DNA of 30,147 nucleotides, from positions 26,477,426-26,507,572 of the forward strand of contig NC_057719.1 of NCBI RefSeq assembly GCF_004010195.1, in the 5' to 3' direction. How positions within the stretch are numbered: position 1 is the stretch's first letter; every line of letters starts with the position of its first letter. The notes under the pieces are model-generated. The model saw only the letters and a program-made list of their open reading frames with translations, did no database searches and was not told the DNA's origin. This stretch comes from Chiloscyllium plagiosum. Its lineage: Eukaryota. This document shows, piece by piece, positions 1-9,956 of the stretch. The translations under genes and the position numbers were made by a program.

Positions 1-122
1 AAGAAGCTTGCAGGTCTGTGAGCATCTGTGGAAGAAAAAAAGTTAACATTTTGAGTCCAGTGATCCTCCTTTTAACATTCTGTTCCAGGTTTGTTTCAGG
101 TCTTCAGCACTTGCAGTTTTTA
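1..122. repeat. Degenerate Penelope terminal-repeat-derived fold-back fragment
   Basis: caggtct..gcatctgtgga..gttaacatttt and cagcacttgcagtttt are shared with copies at 3805-4000 and 25085-25205. Confidence 0.55.
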
Positions 123-222
123 TTCAAACATGATTTTGAAGTAGGCTTACTGTGGCTTGAATAAGCACACTATTTAGTTAGTAACTTGATCATTACTAAT
201 TCTTTGAAAATTTCTTTTTCAG

Positions 223-312
223 TATCCATATGCATTTGGACTACTCCTGGCTTCAAGCTGGTGTATCCTTGTTTGCCTCAGCCGACTGTACATGGGGATG
301 CATTCTATTCTG
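223..312 (+). CDS. SGPP1: Internal coding exon (exon 2 by human structure) of sphingosine-1-phosphate phosphatase 1
   Basis: Polypyrimidine tract plus AG at 221-222; 90 nt reading [30 protein letters not shown], which carries the PAP2 C3 motif SRxYxGxH; donor GTGAGT at 313; phase 0/0 joins in frame to the exon at 9957. Too short to appear in the ORF track. Confidence 0.95.
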
Positions 313-1508
313 GTGAGTAAATCATGATTTTGAATTATATTACTTTTTTGATTGGAGCTATTGACAAGTTTTTTTTTGAAGTTTTAAAATTTCAAAAGTG
401 ACATCTTGGCATTGCAACAGCATTGGTGTTCTATACTGGAAGCCTACAAACAACGTCTGTCTTTGTTCACGTGCTAAAATCTACTGTCCTTGGAAATGCA
501 CACTTCGAACATTTGAAGTCTACTATTGGTCTGTAAAATGGTAATGTTGGTGCTCTTTGAAAATGAAATAAAAATTGATTTATTTTTAAGTCAGACCTAT
601 AACAATTTAATTTTCTAATTTTACATAATGTTTCTCTTTCCATTTCTCCATTCTGTGGAAAATCAGTTGATACTGTGTACACTCATGTACACCGCAATAG
701 GGCACTGAAGCTTTCTCTGATCTGGAAAAACTCCGCATTAGCTGGGTTCGACTCTGAGCATATTTATAGCCCGTTTGATTCACTGTTTCCTGTAATCATT
801 AGCATCAACGACATTGTAACTTTGACAACCGTGTGAAAGTAGGGTTTCGTCAAATTACTGATGCAGTGCCAAGACATTGTTGACAACTGTAGTATGCTGT
901 CACTGTTACATTCTAGACTGGTACTGTTTTAAAAGTAAGCACACACATACATTTCAGCTTATGTATTCAAATCTAGGGTTAATAGTTTCAAAATTGTCAA
1001 TTTTTTTGGCCTGTATGTGATGTGGATTTGGCTGTTGGCATTCTGACATTTTCACACTGAAAACCTGCATCACTCCGTCTTCCACACAACCTGGAAAAGT
1101 AGCTTGAGCAATCATTTTAAGGCTTCCTCTTCATTTTCTTACCTGCATAATGATACAGCAGAATGACCTGTAGTATTGTAACATGTGTTTCATTAACATG
1201 AATTTGCTATAACGCTATTGGCAAATTGGGGACGCTGTTTCTAAATGAACTTTTAAAACGTGTTGGCTGTAACACAATTACATCACCAACATCTTTTAAA
1301 TGCCATTTCTAAAGCATGATTTTTCTATACTGCATAGTTGCACAAGAATGCAACAAAGCTTTGATGTTGGCAAATATATCTAGCTTTGTAAAACGAGCAT
1401 TTTTATGTTGCTGCAAATCATCATTAATGGGTGTGGTTATAAAGTCACAGACTCATACAGCATGGAAATAGATCCTTTTTGATCCAACCAGTCCACGCCA
1501 AATATGGT

Positions 1509-1819
1509 GGGCGGCACGGTGGCACAGTGGTTAGCACTGCTGCCTCGCAGCGCCAGAGACCCGGGTTCAATTCCCGACTCAGGCGACTGACTGTGTGGAG
1601 TTTGCACGTTCTCCCCGTGTCTGCGTGGGTTTCCTCCGGGTGCTCCGGTTTCCTCCCACAGTCACAAAGATGTGCAGGTTAGGTGAATTGGTCATACTAA
1701 ATTGCCCGTAGTGTTAGGTAAGGGGTAAATGTAGGGGTATGGGTGGGTTTCGCTTCGGCGGGTCGGTGTGGACTTGTTGGGCCGAAGGGCCTGTTTCCAC
1801 ACTGTAATCTAATCTAATC
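1509..1819 (+). mobile_element. Full-length HE1-type V-SINE (tRNA-derived)
   Basis: A box TGGCACAGTGG (1520-1530), B box GGTTCAATTCC (1564-1574), V-domain TGTGTGGAGTTTGCACGTTCTCCCCGTGTCTGCGTGGGTTTCCTCCGGGTGCTCCGGTTTCCTCCCACA, CR1-like tail GGGCCGAAGGGCCTGTTTCCA and (AATCT)n end; CpGs retained, so young. Confidence 0.9.
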
Positions 1820-1843
1820 ACTATGTTCCCAGCCTAAACTAGT

Positions 1844-2090
1844 CTTTTGCCTTTTAGGACCCTGCAACCACAGGATTAACATTGATTTCACCAATTTCCT
1901 GATCTCCCCCGGCCAACCTTTTGTCTTTTATCCCAATTCGAACCCTCCAACTTGGCACTGTCCTCCTGACCACGCACGCACGCGCGCACACGCATGCGCG
2001 CGCACGCACACACACACACCTTGGATGCTGTGCTTTTCCAGCACTACACCCTAGACTCTCTGATCTCCAGTGTCTGCAGTCCCTACTTTC
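1844..2090 (+). mobile_element. Penelope-like 3' fragment with ~17-bp target-site duplication
   Basis: Decayed GIY-YIG C-terminus (RTLQP-GINIDFTNF across a frameshift) and terminal repeat end (gctgtgcttttccagca..ctgcagtcc..actttctcc); flanked by TCCCAGCCTAAACTAGT (1827-1843) and TCCCAACCTAAACTAGT (2091-2107). Confidence 0.7.
1971..2019. repeat. Alternating pyrimidine-purine microsatellite (CA/CG mix)
   Basis: 49 nt of uninterrupted Y-R alternation including (CG)n runs. Confidence 0.9.
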
Positions 2091-2295
2091 TCCCAACCTA
2101 AACTAGTTCTACCTGCCTGCGCTTAGCCTGTATCCCTCCACAGCCTTTCCTATTTGTGAACTTATCCAAATGTCTTTTAAACGTTGTAACTGTACCTTTG
2201 TCAAGTTTGAACATAATTGGGGTGAAACCATGAAGGGATCTAAACATATGACTTTTAAATTTAGCATTTAATAGAACTAGGAGCCATTGTTGAGC

Positions 2296-2553
2296 GAGAA
2301 TTGCTTGAAGCATGGCACTCCAACTGGAATTCTATCAACAAACACACTGATTTGGATCCCATTTACACACACCCTCCCCTTGGGAAAATAACATGAAATG
2401 ACATCAGCAGCCCAAGGAAACTTAAACACACATAAATAAAACACAGGCCAAACCACCAGTGCTTCACCATAGGCTCACTGATGATGTTACCTAATATGGT
2501 GACAAAACTTCAGAAAACAACCTTCCAGCTCACCAAGCAAACCTTCATCCACA
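2296..2553 (+). mobile_element. Penelope 3' end / pseudo-LTR with hammerhead relic
   Basis: Reads ELLEAWHSNWNSINKHTDLDPIY (endonuclease C-terminus), then a terminal repeat homologous to 22197-22450 including CTGATGA-T-GTTACC-TAATAT-GGTGAC-AAAA at 2478-2507. Confidence 0.8.
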
Positions 2554-3804
2554 ACAACACCATATAAGATACAACTAGGTATAAATCAAACAAATTGAGT
2601 CTGCCATACAATGAACTGTAGAGTTGGATAAGGAAACCACCAATCCAACAAATTTAAAATCTACAGAAGAGCAAATCCTTTTTTTTTTTTCAAAACCAGG
2701 AGTGACAGACCAGTGAAAGACGTATCACTGGAGTTGGTTATAGAATGTGTGCATGCCAGAGCCACTGCATTGTCATTTGCCTTTGATGCAAACGTGGTGG
2801 CATTTCTTCTGGTCAAAGTGATAGCCTGAGAGTAATTAAAAGTTTTTTTTTTTTTTTTTTTGTTTTGATTTAAAATGTAAACTGATTGCCCTTTATTCTA
2901 GGGGACATCAGTGAAGAGGGAGTCTGTGATTTCCTCTTCACTTTTCTGCTAACTACTAACATACAGTCTTCCTTTCAAAATAACAGGGCCTTAAAGTATC
3001 TTTAGACTACATTGTGATCTTGTAGAGTAATATTATTGACATTAGGCACAATGTTATAGTGTAAACAATATTTTTTTTAGTGTTTGCCTTTCACTTGGGT
3101 TGGGCCAGCAAGTATTTTAAGGGATAACTTTTGACTGCAACATTATTGAATTACCTCTTTTTGTGGTCATTTATTTCTGACCACATTAGTTATTCACTTT
3201 GCTTGTTGCTACATGGGGTCCAGTTCCAAGATTTAGTCCCACTGGGAAATCCAGTGTTGTGATTTTGTTTTTAGTAGATTTGATTAGAGATGTCATGTGT
3301 AATTGTACAAAAACCAGAGGAAAGGTAAGCACAATGCAGATTTAGGGAGCTTGGTCTCCTCTTTTGATTTGATTTTAAAGCAGTTTTAACAGTTTTAAAA
3401 GCATACATGCCCTTCCTTTTTTTTTAAATATGGAATTATTTTGGAGAAGGGTAGGATATGCAGGTAATCTGTATAATCTCCAATGCCAGTGACTTTGACA
3501 TCAAGAACATCTTATTAATACTTAACATTCCTGTGTTTTTCATATGATAATACTTTAAATCTCATAAGCTTTCATTGTTGTGGGCAGGTTAGACTTAGTT
3601 TAATGCTGCAAACACTGACAAGTAGAATGACTGCAGTGAAGCCACTGTTCTTTAACAGTGCACTTAATTTTGACCTGCTGAAACTTGTCTGCCTCAGTTC
3701 CATGCTATCATGGACTTTATCCATCATTCTCACTCAAACTTCATTTGATGACATAGTCTGTCTTTCTGTTGTCTATCCTATTTGTCTCTACCACTCCATA
3801 CTGG

Positions 3805-4003
3805 TGAAAACTGTTAGACAAACTCAGGTCTGGCAGCATCTGTGGAGTGAGGAAAAACTTTACGATCTGAGTTATACCAGACTTGAAATGTTAACTTTGT
3901 TTCTGAAATGTTAATTTTGTTTCTGTCTCCACTGATGCTGCCAGACATACTGACTGTCCCCTGCATTATGTTTCAGATTTCCAGTATCTGCAGCATTTTG
4001 TTT
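3805..4003. repeat. Degenerate fold-back Penelope terminal-repeat element
   Basis: Inverted arms gtctggcagcatctgtggag / ctccactgatgctgccagac; same family as 1-122 and 25085-25205. Confidence 0.65.
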
Positions 4004-4094
4004 ATGGTACATTCACCCCTCTTCACAACTTTTAACATCTGTCTACTATCATAACCCTCTTTATGCATTCATTTACGTATTTATTTCTGTCATT

Positions 4095-4200
4095 TTAATC
4101 AACCTATTCGAATGTATAATGACCTCTTGAAACAGGTGGGACATGAACCCAGCCAATCTAGCCTAGAGGTAGGGACACTTCCATAATGTCGTCATAAGGT
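4095..4200 (-). mobile_element. Old tRNA-derived SINE head fragment
   Basis: Minus strand reads gtgtccctacctct..gggttcatgtcccacctg, a decayed B-box-like head. Confidence 0.4.
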
Positions 4201-4455
4201 GCTTTTTTTTTTCCTCTGGTCCAGTTTTCCCCTGAAATGCAACTATTCTGTTTTATTCAACCATTCCTGTGGTGCAAAGTTTTACCTTGCCATAGGGTGA
4301 AGATGCTTTTTCTGAATTATCTATTGGATTTTCTGATGACTGTCTACGTTAAGTTCGATCTCACATGAGGCAACACAACTTTCTGTGTCCACTCTGTCAT
4401 TACAATTAAAAGCCATTGTTAGGTTACTCCCTGAGCCACTGCCTCAACAAGAGAA

Positions 4456-4650
4456 TTAAAAATCGCACAACACCAGGTTATACTCCAGCAGATTTATTTG
4501 GAAGTACAAGCATGGAGTGTGCTCCTTCATTTAGGTAGCTACCTAACCAAAAACTTTGTACTTGCAAATAAACCTGCCGGACTATAAACTAATGTTGTGA
4601 TTTTTTAACTTTGTCCACCCCGATCCAACATCAACACCTGCACATCACAT
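4456..4650. repeat. Palindromic pair of Penelope terminal repeats
   Basis: Arms aaaatcgcacaacaccaggttata..tttatttggaagtacaa / ttgtacttgcaaataaa..tataa..tgttgtgatttttt around central palindrome AGGTAGCTACCT (4533-4544); same family as 24175-24246 and 28268-28357. Confidence 0.75.
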
Positions 4651-5373
4651 CACATGGTTTACAAGAGGGAAGAAACTCGGCCTGTCACTTTTATTTCTTT
4701 CTATACTAATACAGATCTGGTATCATGGTTTGTTATCACTCTATATCTCTTCTCGGTCCCCCTACATCCTCTATGCAACATAGCAACCAATATAGTGCAC
4801 AGGATAATAAATGTGGTTCGATACAGTTTCAATATAACTTTCAATTCTATCTCTCTAAATCTTTGCACTTGGTTTGCTTTTCTTTACCCTGGACCCTTTT
4901 TTGGCAATTTTAATAAATTAGCTGTGTATTTATGCTCCAGGATTCTTTTCTTCCTCCTCCATATCAACACCATTACTTTTAAAGTAATGTGTGACTTCTC
5001 CATTCTTCCTATGGAATATGTACAAAACAAATTTGTACATTTGTACATTAGGGATTTTTAGCGCTCTCATCCTCTGGATGCAATCTGTCCAGCATGTGCA
5101 TATCCTATGTTTCCCAGAATTAGTGTTGATGCCTCCAGAATCTCTCTCCCTCTCTCCTGTCATCACTTCAAACATGCATTCAGCTGTTCTCTTATGTTGC
5201 TAATTTTGCTAGCATGTGGTACTGTACATAATCCTGTGCATTAAATTCATTTTGGGATCCTGTTTTGAGTTTATTCACTACTCCTTAGGCCTCATCCCTC
5301 TTTATACTCCTCTTGTTATTGATGTCGACTGTGATGTCTGTCTGGATATTCATCCTCCCCCTTCAGAATGTTT

Positions 5374-5718
5374 TGTTAGGTTCCCTTCTTGAGCTTACAT
5401 GCTTGATTCAACTGCAATACTCCAACTTCTGTGAACAGCCACGATTTATTTAAGCAATTACAAGCTTTTGGAGGATCACTTAACACTCTTAGTGACGCTT
5501 GCAGAGCGTGTCAAGTGAGGCTTCCTGAACAAGAGAATCACTCTCCCTTTAGACAGGGTTTTGTATCCCAGTCAGTCATGATGCACGACACAACCCCCTG
5601 CCACTCCATAGTCACACTCCAAAAGCAATGTGAAGTGATTAGGTTGCTCCTCGAGGCGGTCTGTGACTTGGGCCGCTCCTCAAACTGCAGCATTTAGAGT
5701 ATGATTTAGATTGTCACA
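5374..5718 (-). repeat. 3' LTR (or related solo LTR)
   Basis: Minus strand TGTGACA...TAACA with AATAAA at 5445-5450; shares the identical block aaactgcagcatttagagtatgatttagattgtcac with the other LTR. Confidence 0.8.
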
Positions 5719-5829
5719 TCTGAAAAAGGTGCTGCCAGCTTATTCCTAGGAATCTCAGCCAGTATTTAGTCAAGTTATTGACACAACATACAGTGATTGA
5801 TTGATTGACAACTAGGAATTACTAGTTCA

Positions 5830-7005
5830 TGCAGTATGTAGGATCCCCAGGATCTTCCCATGTGGAAACGTGTTCACCAGTAAAGTTCTTAAATCCACAG
5901 TCTTTAGTGACCACTCCACCCCCTCCAAGTTGAGTGGTAACAAGCCAGTTATCCAAAATCTCCTTCTGTAAAGTTCAACCTGTAAACAAAATACAGTCTA
6001 GCAGGGTTTGGTTCTGTTGTGTACAGTGGATAAGGACTCCGGCCTCTGGAGATGCAAGGATCAGTGCTGTTCCTGCAAGGCCTTTTGGAGTTCCATGCAG
6101 TGAAGTGTGCTCCCAATGCAGGGTGCATATATGTGGGGTTAGGTGTAGCCATCAGTTTTGCTTTTGGCCATCTTCATGTTCATCTTTGCAGATTCCAACC
6201 AGAAAGTATGGATTTTCAGGATCAAATTAAATGCTGTTTAATGCAGTCTTTGCTTCTGCTCGCACTTTGCTGTGCAAAGAAGAGAAGGCGAAACTCGTGT
6301 GGTTTAATATCCAGAGGAAGGCCACTGACCAGCATATGGATCTCCTCTTCATGGTTGTTAACTTCTGTTTTTGTGCTCATGACTGGGCAGCTGATTGAAT
6401 TTGTTGTGTCCCCCTATTCTGGGTAGGAGTGGTTGGCAGAATGGGGGACAATATGTTCCAGTGTCAATTGTCTATCAGGAGTGCTGAGCAAGGTTCCCAG
6501 GAATGTGATTTGGCGCTCATTATTGGCAGACCAGACATGTCAGGAGGTACCTCTGACTTTATTCCCATTTGATAGTCCAGCTTGGCGTTTCAACCCCGAC
6601 TCCTTATTTTGCCTGCTCTTCTCTTCTCCATTTAACCTCAACACTGACTCTTCAGCACTTCCCAAAACCTAGGGTTTCCTATGTCTCACACTCAACTCAC
6701 ATCAAAAAGAGGGATTAATTCTCCCAGCTGGCCTGTTTAGATTTATTTGTTATTTTCTCAGCAGTCTTTCTCCCTGTGGATATTAAATCTTTCCATTTAG
6801 TCCTCAAATTACGTTTCCAAATTGCTTCCTCTGCTTTTAAACCTATATCTATGTTCCAAGTGCCTCCCATTGGCCATTTTTCATTTCCCAACTTTTTACT
6901 TAAGGATCCTGACTGGCGCCTGAACCGTTCCTCATTTTGGGGGTCATCCCGGCATAACTGATACAAAGCGGTTCTGACACCAGACTTGTCAAACGTCTGT
7001 GCCAT
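5830..7005 (-). pseudogene. Decayed retroviral gag remnant (matrix-like N-terminus, possible capsid start)
   Basis: ORF 7005-6715 begins MAQT (cf. MGQT of gammaretroviral Gag) and contains KWPMGGTWN (cf. matrix WPxxGT/SF); near 5860-5880 a frame reads GEHVSTWED (cf. capsid HQPTWDD); starts ~440 nt after the PBS; stops and frameshifts in between. Confidence 0.55.
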
Positions 7006-7445
7006 TTTCTTTAAAGTCTCAACTTCCTAACTTCTCTCTGTACACTAGTTCAGAGTCCTCAGTCTCCACACTCACTCCAAGGTCCTGACCTTCACTGGGG
7101 GATTTCCCCGCTTAGACTGGCTAAGGCAGAGTGATTGTCTCAATCACAATAGTTATCCTTTTTTATCTTATGTACTATATTCCGGGGCCTCATTCTGTTA
7201 TTAAGGACTCTTAACCTCCGAATTCCAGGGATACTGTATCCTCCCTGGAATGAACTGGTCTGTGTACAAGTATGTAAGTTAGCTCAGAGGTTCCATCACT
7301 AGAGTCCTAGGAGATGAGGGGTCAACTGAGTGAAAGGTGAGTGAGAGATCAAGGTAAATCTTACCTAGTTAGCCCATCCATCTCCTGTTACCATCACACG
7401 AGCGATCACTTACTCAGTCCACCTAGAAGCTCCCTAATATGTTGG

Positions 7446-7462
7446 AATCCCACTCGTCGCCA
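7446..7462 (-). promoter_or_regulatory. Primer-binding site complementary to tRNA-Ser(GCT) 3' end
   Basis: TGGCGACGAG-TGGGATT starting 2 nt after the LTR's CA; vertebrate tRNA-Ser(GCT) ends ...AATCCCA(T/C)CCTCGTCG-CCA as I recall it, giving a match with a 2-nt gap. Confidence 0.75.
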
Positions 7463-7464
7463 AA

Positions 7465-7804
7465 TGTGAAGTTCCCTTGAGATTCTTACATGCTTGATGC
7501 AACTTCAGGATGCCAATTTCTTTGAACAGCCATGATTTTATTTCAGCAAGTACAAGTTTTTGGAGGATCACTTAACGCTCTGCAAGCATCTCGAAGAGTG
7601 TGTGTCAAGTAAGGCTCCCTGAACAAGGGAACCATCCTCCCCTTTTTTTAATACAAGGTTTTATATCTGTCAGTCATGCATGCAGGACAAGCCACCCCCA
7701 CCCACCACTTTTTTTCCCCCCATAGTCACATGCCACAAAAAAACCATGTATGGTTAGGTTATTCCTTAAACTGCAGCATTTAGAGTATGATTTAGATTGT
7801 CACG
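7465..7804 (-). repeat. 5' LTR
   Basis: Minus strand (C)GTGACA...TTCACA with TATAAAA (7659-7665) upstream of AATAAA (7537-7542); homologous along its length to 5374-5718. Confidence 0.8.
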
Positions 7805-8319
7805 TCCTGCCTGCAAGACAGAATCCGCCCCCCACTCCAGCACATCCAATTTCTTATTTCAGCAGAACAAACTAACTCTAACATCTCAATATGGCCTGTC
7901 GCCTAGTCAGTGACAGTCATGACCCTGGTAGAAGGAATAAAATGTCCCATTCTGGTGTCATGGATGCAGCTGCAGAAATATCTATCTCTTCCCCTTTATG
8001 ATAGAATAACAATTGTACTCCCCTTTTTCCCTTGTAGTGTCTCTTGGTTTCTCAGGGAGATGAAACCTCTCCCATAGCACATACAAAACAGATTCTCTGG
8101 GGGGGGGTGTGAAGATAAATAACAGCCTTGCACTACCTGTCTAGTACTTTCACTGATGATTATCTGTTCTGCCTGCAGCTTTGTGGATGCTCCAGTGATT
8201 CTAGATACTGCTTCTGATCCAAAATGCAGGGCTGCAGCTGAAAATTTCATGCACGTGGAAGTGGCCCGAACTTAACAAATTGTACAGTAGGAGCATTACA
8301 CGTGAATAGTCTGGAGTCA

Positions 8320-8522
8320 TTTGAAGAATGGCAGATTCCTTTCCTAACGCAACAATCAACATTTACTTTCTGGTTGTTATTAGAATCTTGATTCCAGATT
8401 GTTTTAAAAATTAAGTTCACACTCTACTAGCTGCCATGGTGGGATTCAAACCTGGGGACCCAGAACATTACCTGGGTTTCTGGATTAATTGTCAGCAATC
8501 ATATCATTAGACCACCACCTCC
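8320..8522 (-). mobile_element. Old tRNA-derived SINE fragment
   Basis: Minus strand ggaggtggtggtctaatg..ccaggtttgaatcccaccatggcag, with A/B-box-like head. Confidence 0.5.
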
Positions 8523-8719
8523 TTTCTACTTAAATACTACTAAATCTAAATCAAACACCAAATGCAGCTGCTGTATAACCAATCAATTCTCAGCTTTCCT
8601 GTGTGTGACAGCTTTTTTTCCCCTCAGTTGGGACAGCTGCCAAGTCAGGTCTGACTCTGCATTGCTGTTTCTCTCTCTGACTGCAAGTAAGTCTCTCCCA
8701 CTTTTAAAAAATAAAACTT

Positions 8720-9420
8720 CAGATTGGTCAAATGTGATTTCCCCTTCATAAATCCATGTTGCCAATGACCACTCATGCAATTATCTTCTAAATATCCAGT
8801 AGTCATATACTATATAATAGATTCTAATATTTTCCATACCACAACAATCTTTGTGTATCTTGCTATTTTACTACTTTTATTCTCTCTTCCTTATTAGTAG
8901 TATGTCCAGCTTAACAGGCCTGTTGTTTGCAATTTTCTCTCTTGCTTAAGCAGTAAGGTTACATTTGTAACTGCATTCACTCTCTGTACTCATCTCTTTC
9001 AATGCTGCTTAGCACGATGGTTATTTGTGTTCTGAGGATTGTTTAAAGTTTACTTCACTTAACGTTTCCAATATTAACAATCTCTCACTAGGTCCTTGGA
9101 TTTTAATTATTTCAGGCAGGCTTGTTTTCCATTTCTCTATTTGCTATTTTAAATTAACTAAACTGGATTCTCTGAAATGGAGTTGCATTTGTCTTTGTTA
9201 ATCTGTTTCCCTTTTTGTTTTACTTTTTGTTTTTGAAGCTTTTACAATCTGTGTTCTTGCTATTTTAAACTCCATTCTTTATTAATTGTCTGTCTTCCTC
9301 TTGAATTCTGCAATTCTCTCTTAATTCTCAGGTTTACCTTTTTTTTTTTGCAACTTTGTAAACCCCTCCCTTGTGATATTTTATTCAACTTTGTTCACCA
9401 CAGCACTCTGGTTTTTCCTG
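8720..9420 (-). mobile_element. Highly decayed CR1 ORF2 fragments
   Basis: Minus strand near 8727-8765 reads QHGFMKGKSHLT (CR1 RT motif QHGFxxGxSCLTN); extent is approximate. Confidence 0.5.
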
Positions 9421-9956
9421 TTGGTTATTTTTGCCTTGTAGAAATTTATTCTAAAGAGGATTTCAGTTGAAAAATCAATTGTTGAGATCCTATGCAAATT
9501 ATCCCTATGCATCATTTGGCTAGTGGCCTTTAAATGGAATACATTTACAACTATTTTATTTATAATTGCTTCAATGAGGCAGCAAAACCCAAAGTGCTGC
9601 TTTGGTGTACTATAAAGCAATAAGGAGACAATAGAGCAAATGACTAGTTGAACAAACCTAATTTCAACAAAAAAAAAATCTTCTTTAGGGAAGAATGCAC
9701 AGCCTAGACCCTTGACAGCTGAAGGCATGAATACCAATCGTGGGGAAAGTAGGAGCTGGAGTAGACTATTCAGTATGGTCATGGCAAATCCTCCATCTCT
9801 GTGCCATACTCCCACTTGCTTCCCTTTATCGGGGCAAAAAGGTTGAAATATTTGGTCATTGGTTGGTTGATGTTGTAGTTTGTGAATCTTGCTTTTTGAG
9901 ATGTGGTCAGATGCTTTATTTGAATTCCCTCATTAACTTTTTCTATTTTCTAATAG

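Larger units (their letters stand above)
1443..2196 (-). mobile_element. CR1/HER1 LINE 3' end, split by two younger insertions
   Basis: 1443-1506, 1820-1843 and 2091-2196 are colinear with the CR1 3' tails at 25378 and 26116 (agtca.aga..cagcatggaaa.aga.cc; atccaaatgtcttttaaa.gttg). Confidence 0.75.
5374..7804 (-). mobile_element. Internally deleted LTR element, probably a class I (gamma/epsilon-like) endogenous retrovirus, antisense to SGPP1
   Basis: Direct repeats of ~340 nt at 5374-5718 and 7465-7804; PBS next to the 7465 LTR end; Gag-like ORF; no pol or env seen; no TSD found. Confidence 0.75.
313..9956 (+). other. SGPP1: GT-AG intron of SGPP1 (~9.6 kb, transposon-rich)
   Basis: Bounded by GTGAGT (313) and TAATAG (9951-9956); flanking exons join in frame. 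Confidence 0.9.

Noticed and set aside
802..912. H/ACA snoRNA
   Set aside because: No ANANNA hinge between the hairpins and the second stem is weak; kept only as a low-interest finding.
1150..1355. Tigger-like DNA transposon relic
   Set aside because: Only faint resemblance (tacagcagaa.., gctataacg); no TIR pair could be supported.
1509..1580. tRNA gene
   Set aside because: The A/B boxes belong to the SINE head, which continues into the V-domain and LINE tail.
1479..1682. 67-aa ORF containing VWSLHVLPVSAWVSSGCSGFLP
   Set aside because: Translation of the V-SINE core, not a gene.
7820..8260. CR1 ORF1 remnant on the minus strand
   Set aside because: A cysteine-motif-like trace is too decayed to call without an alignment.
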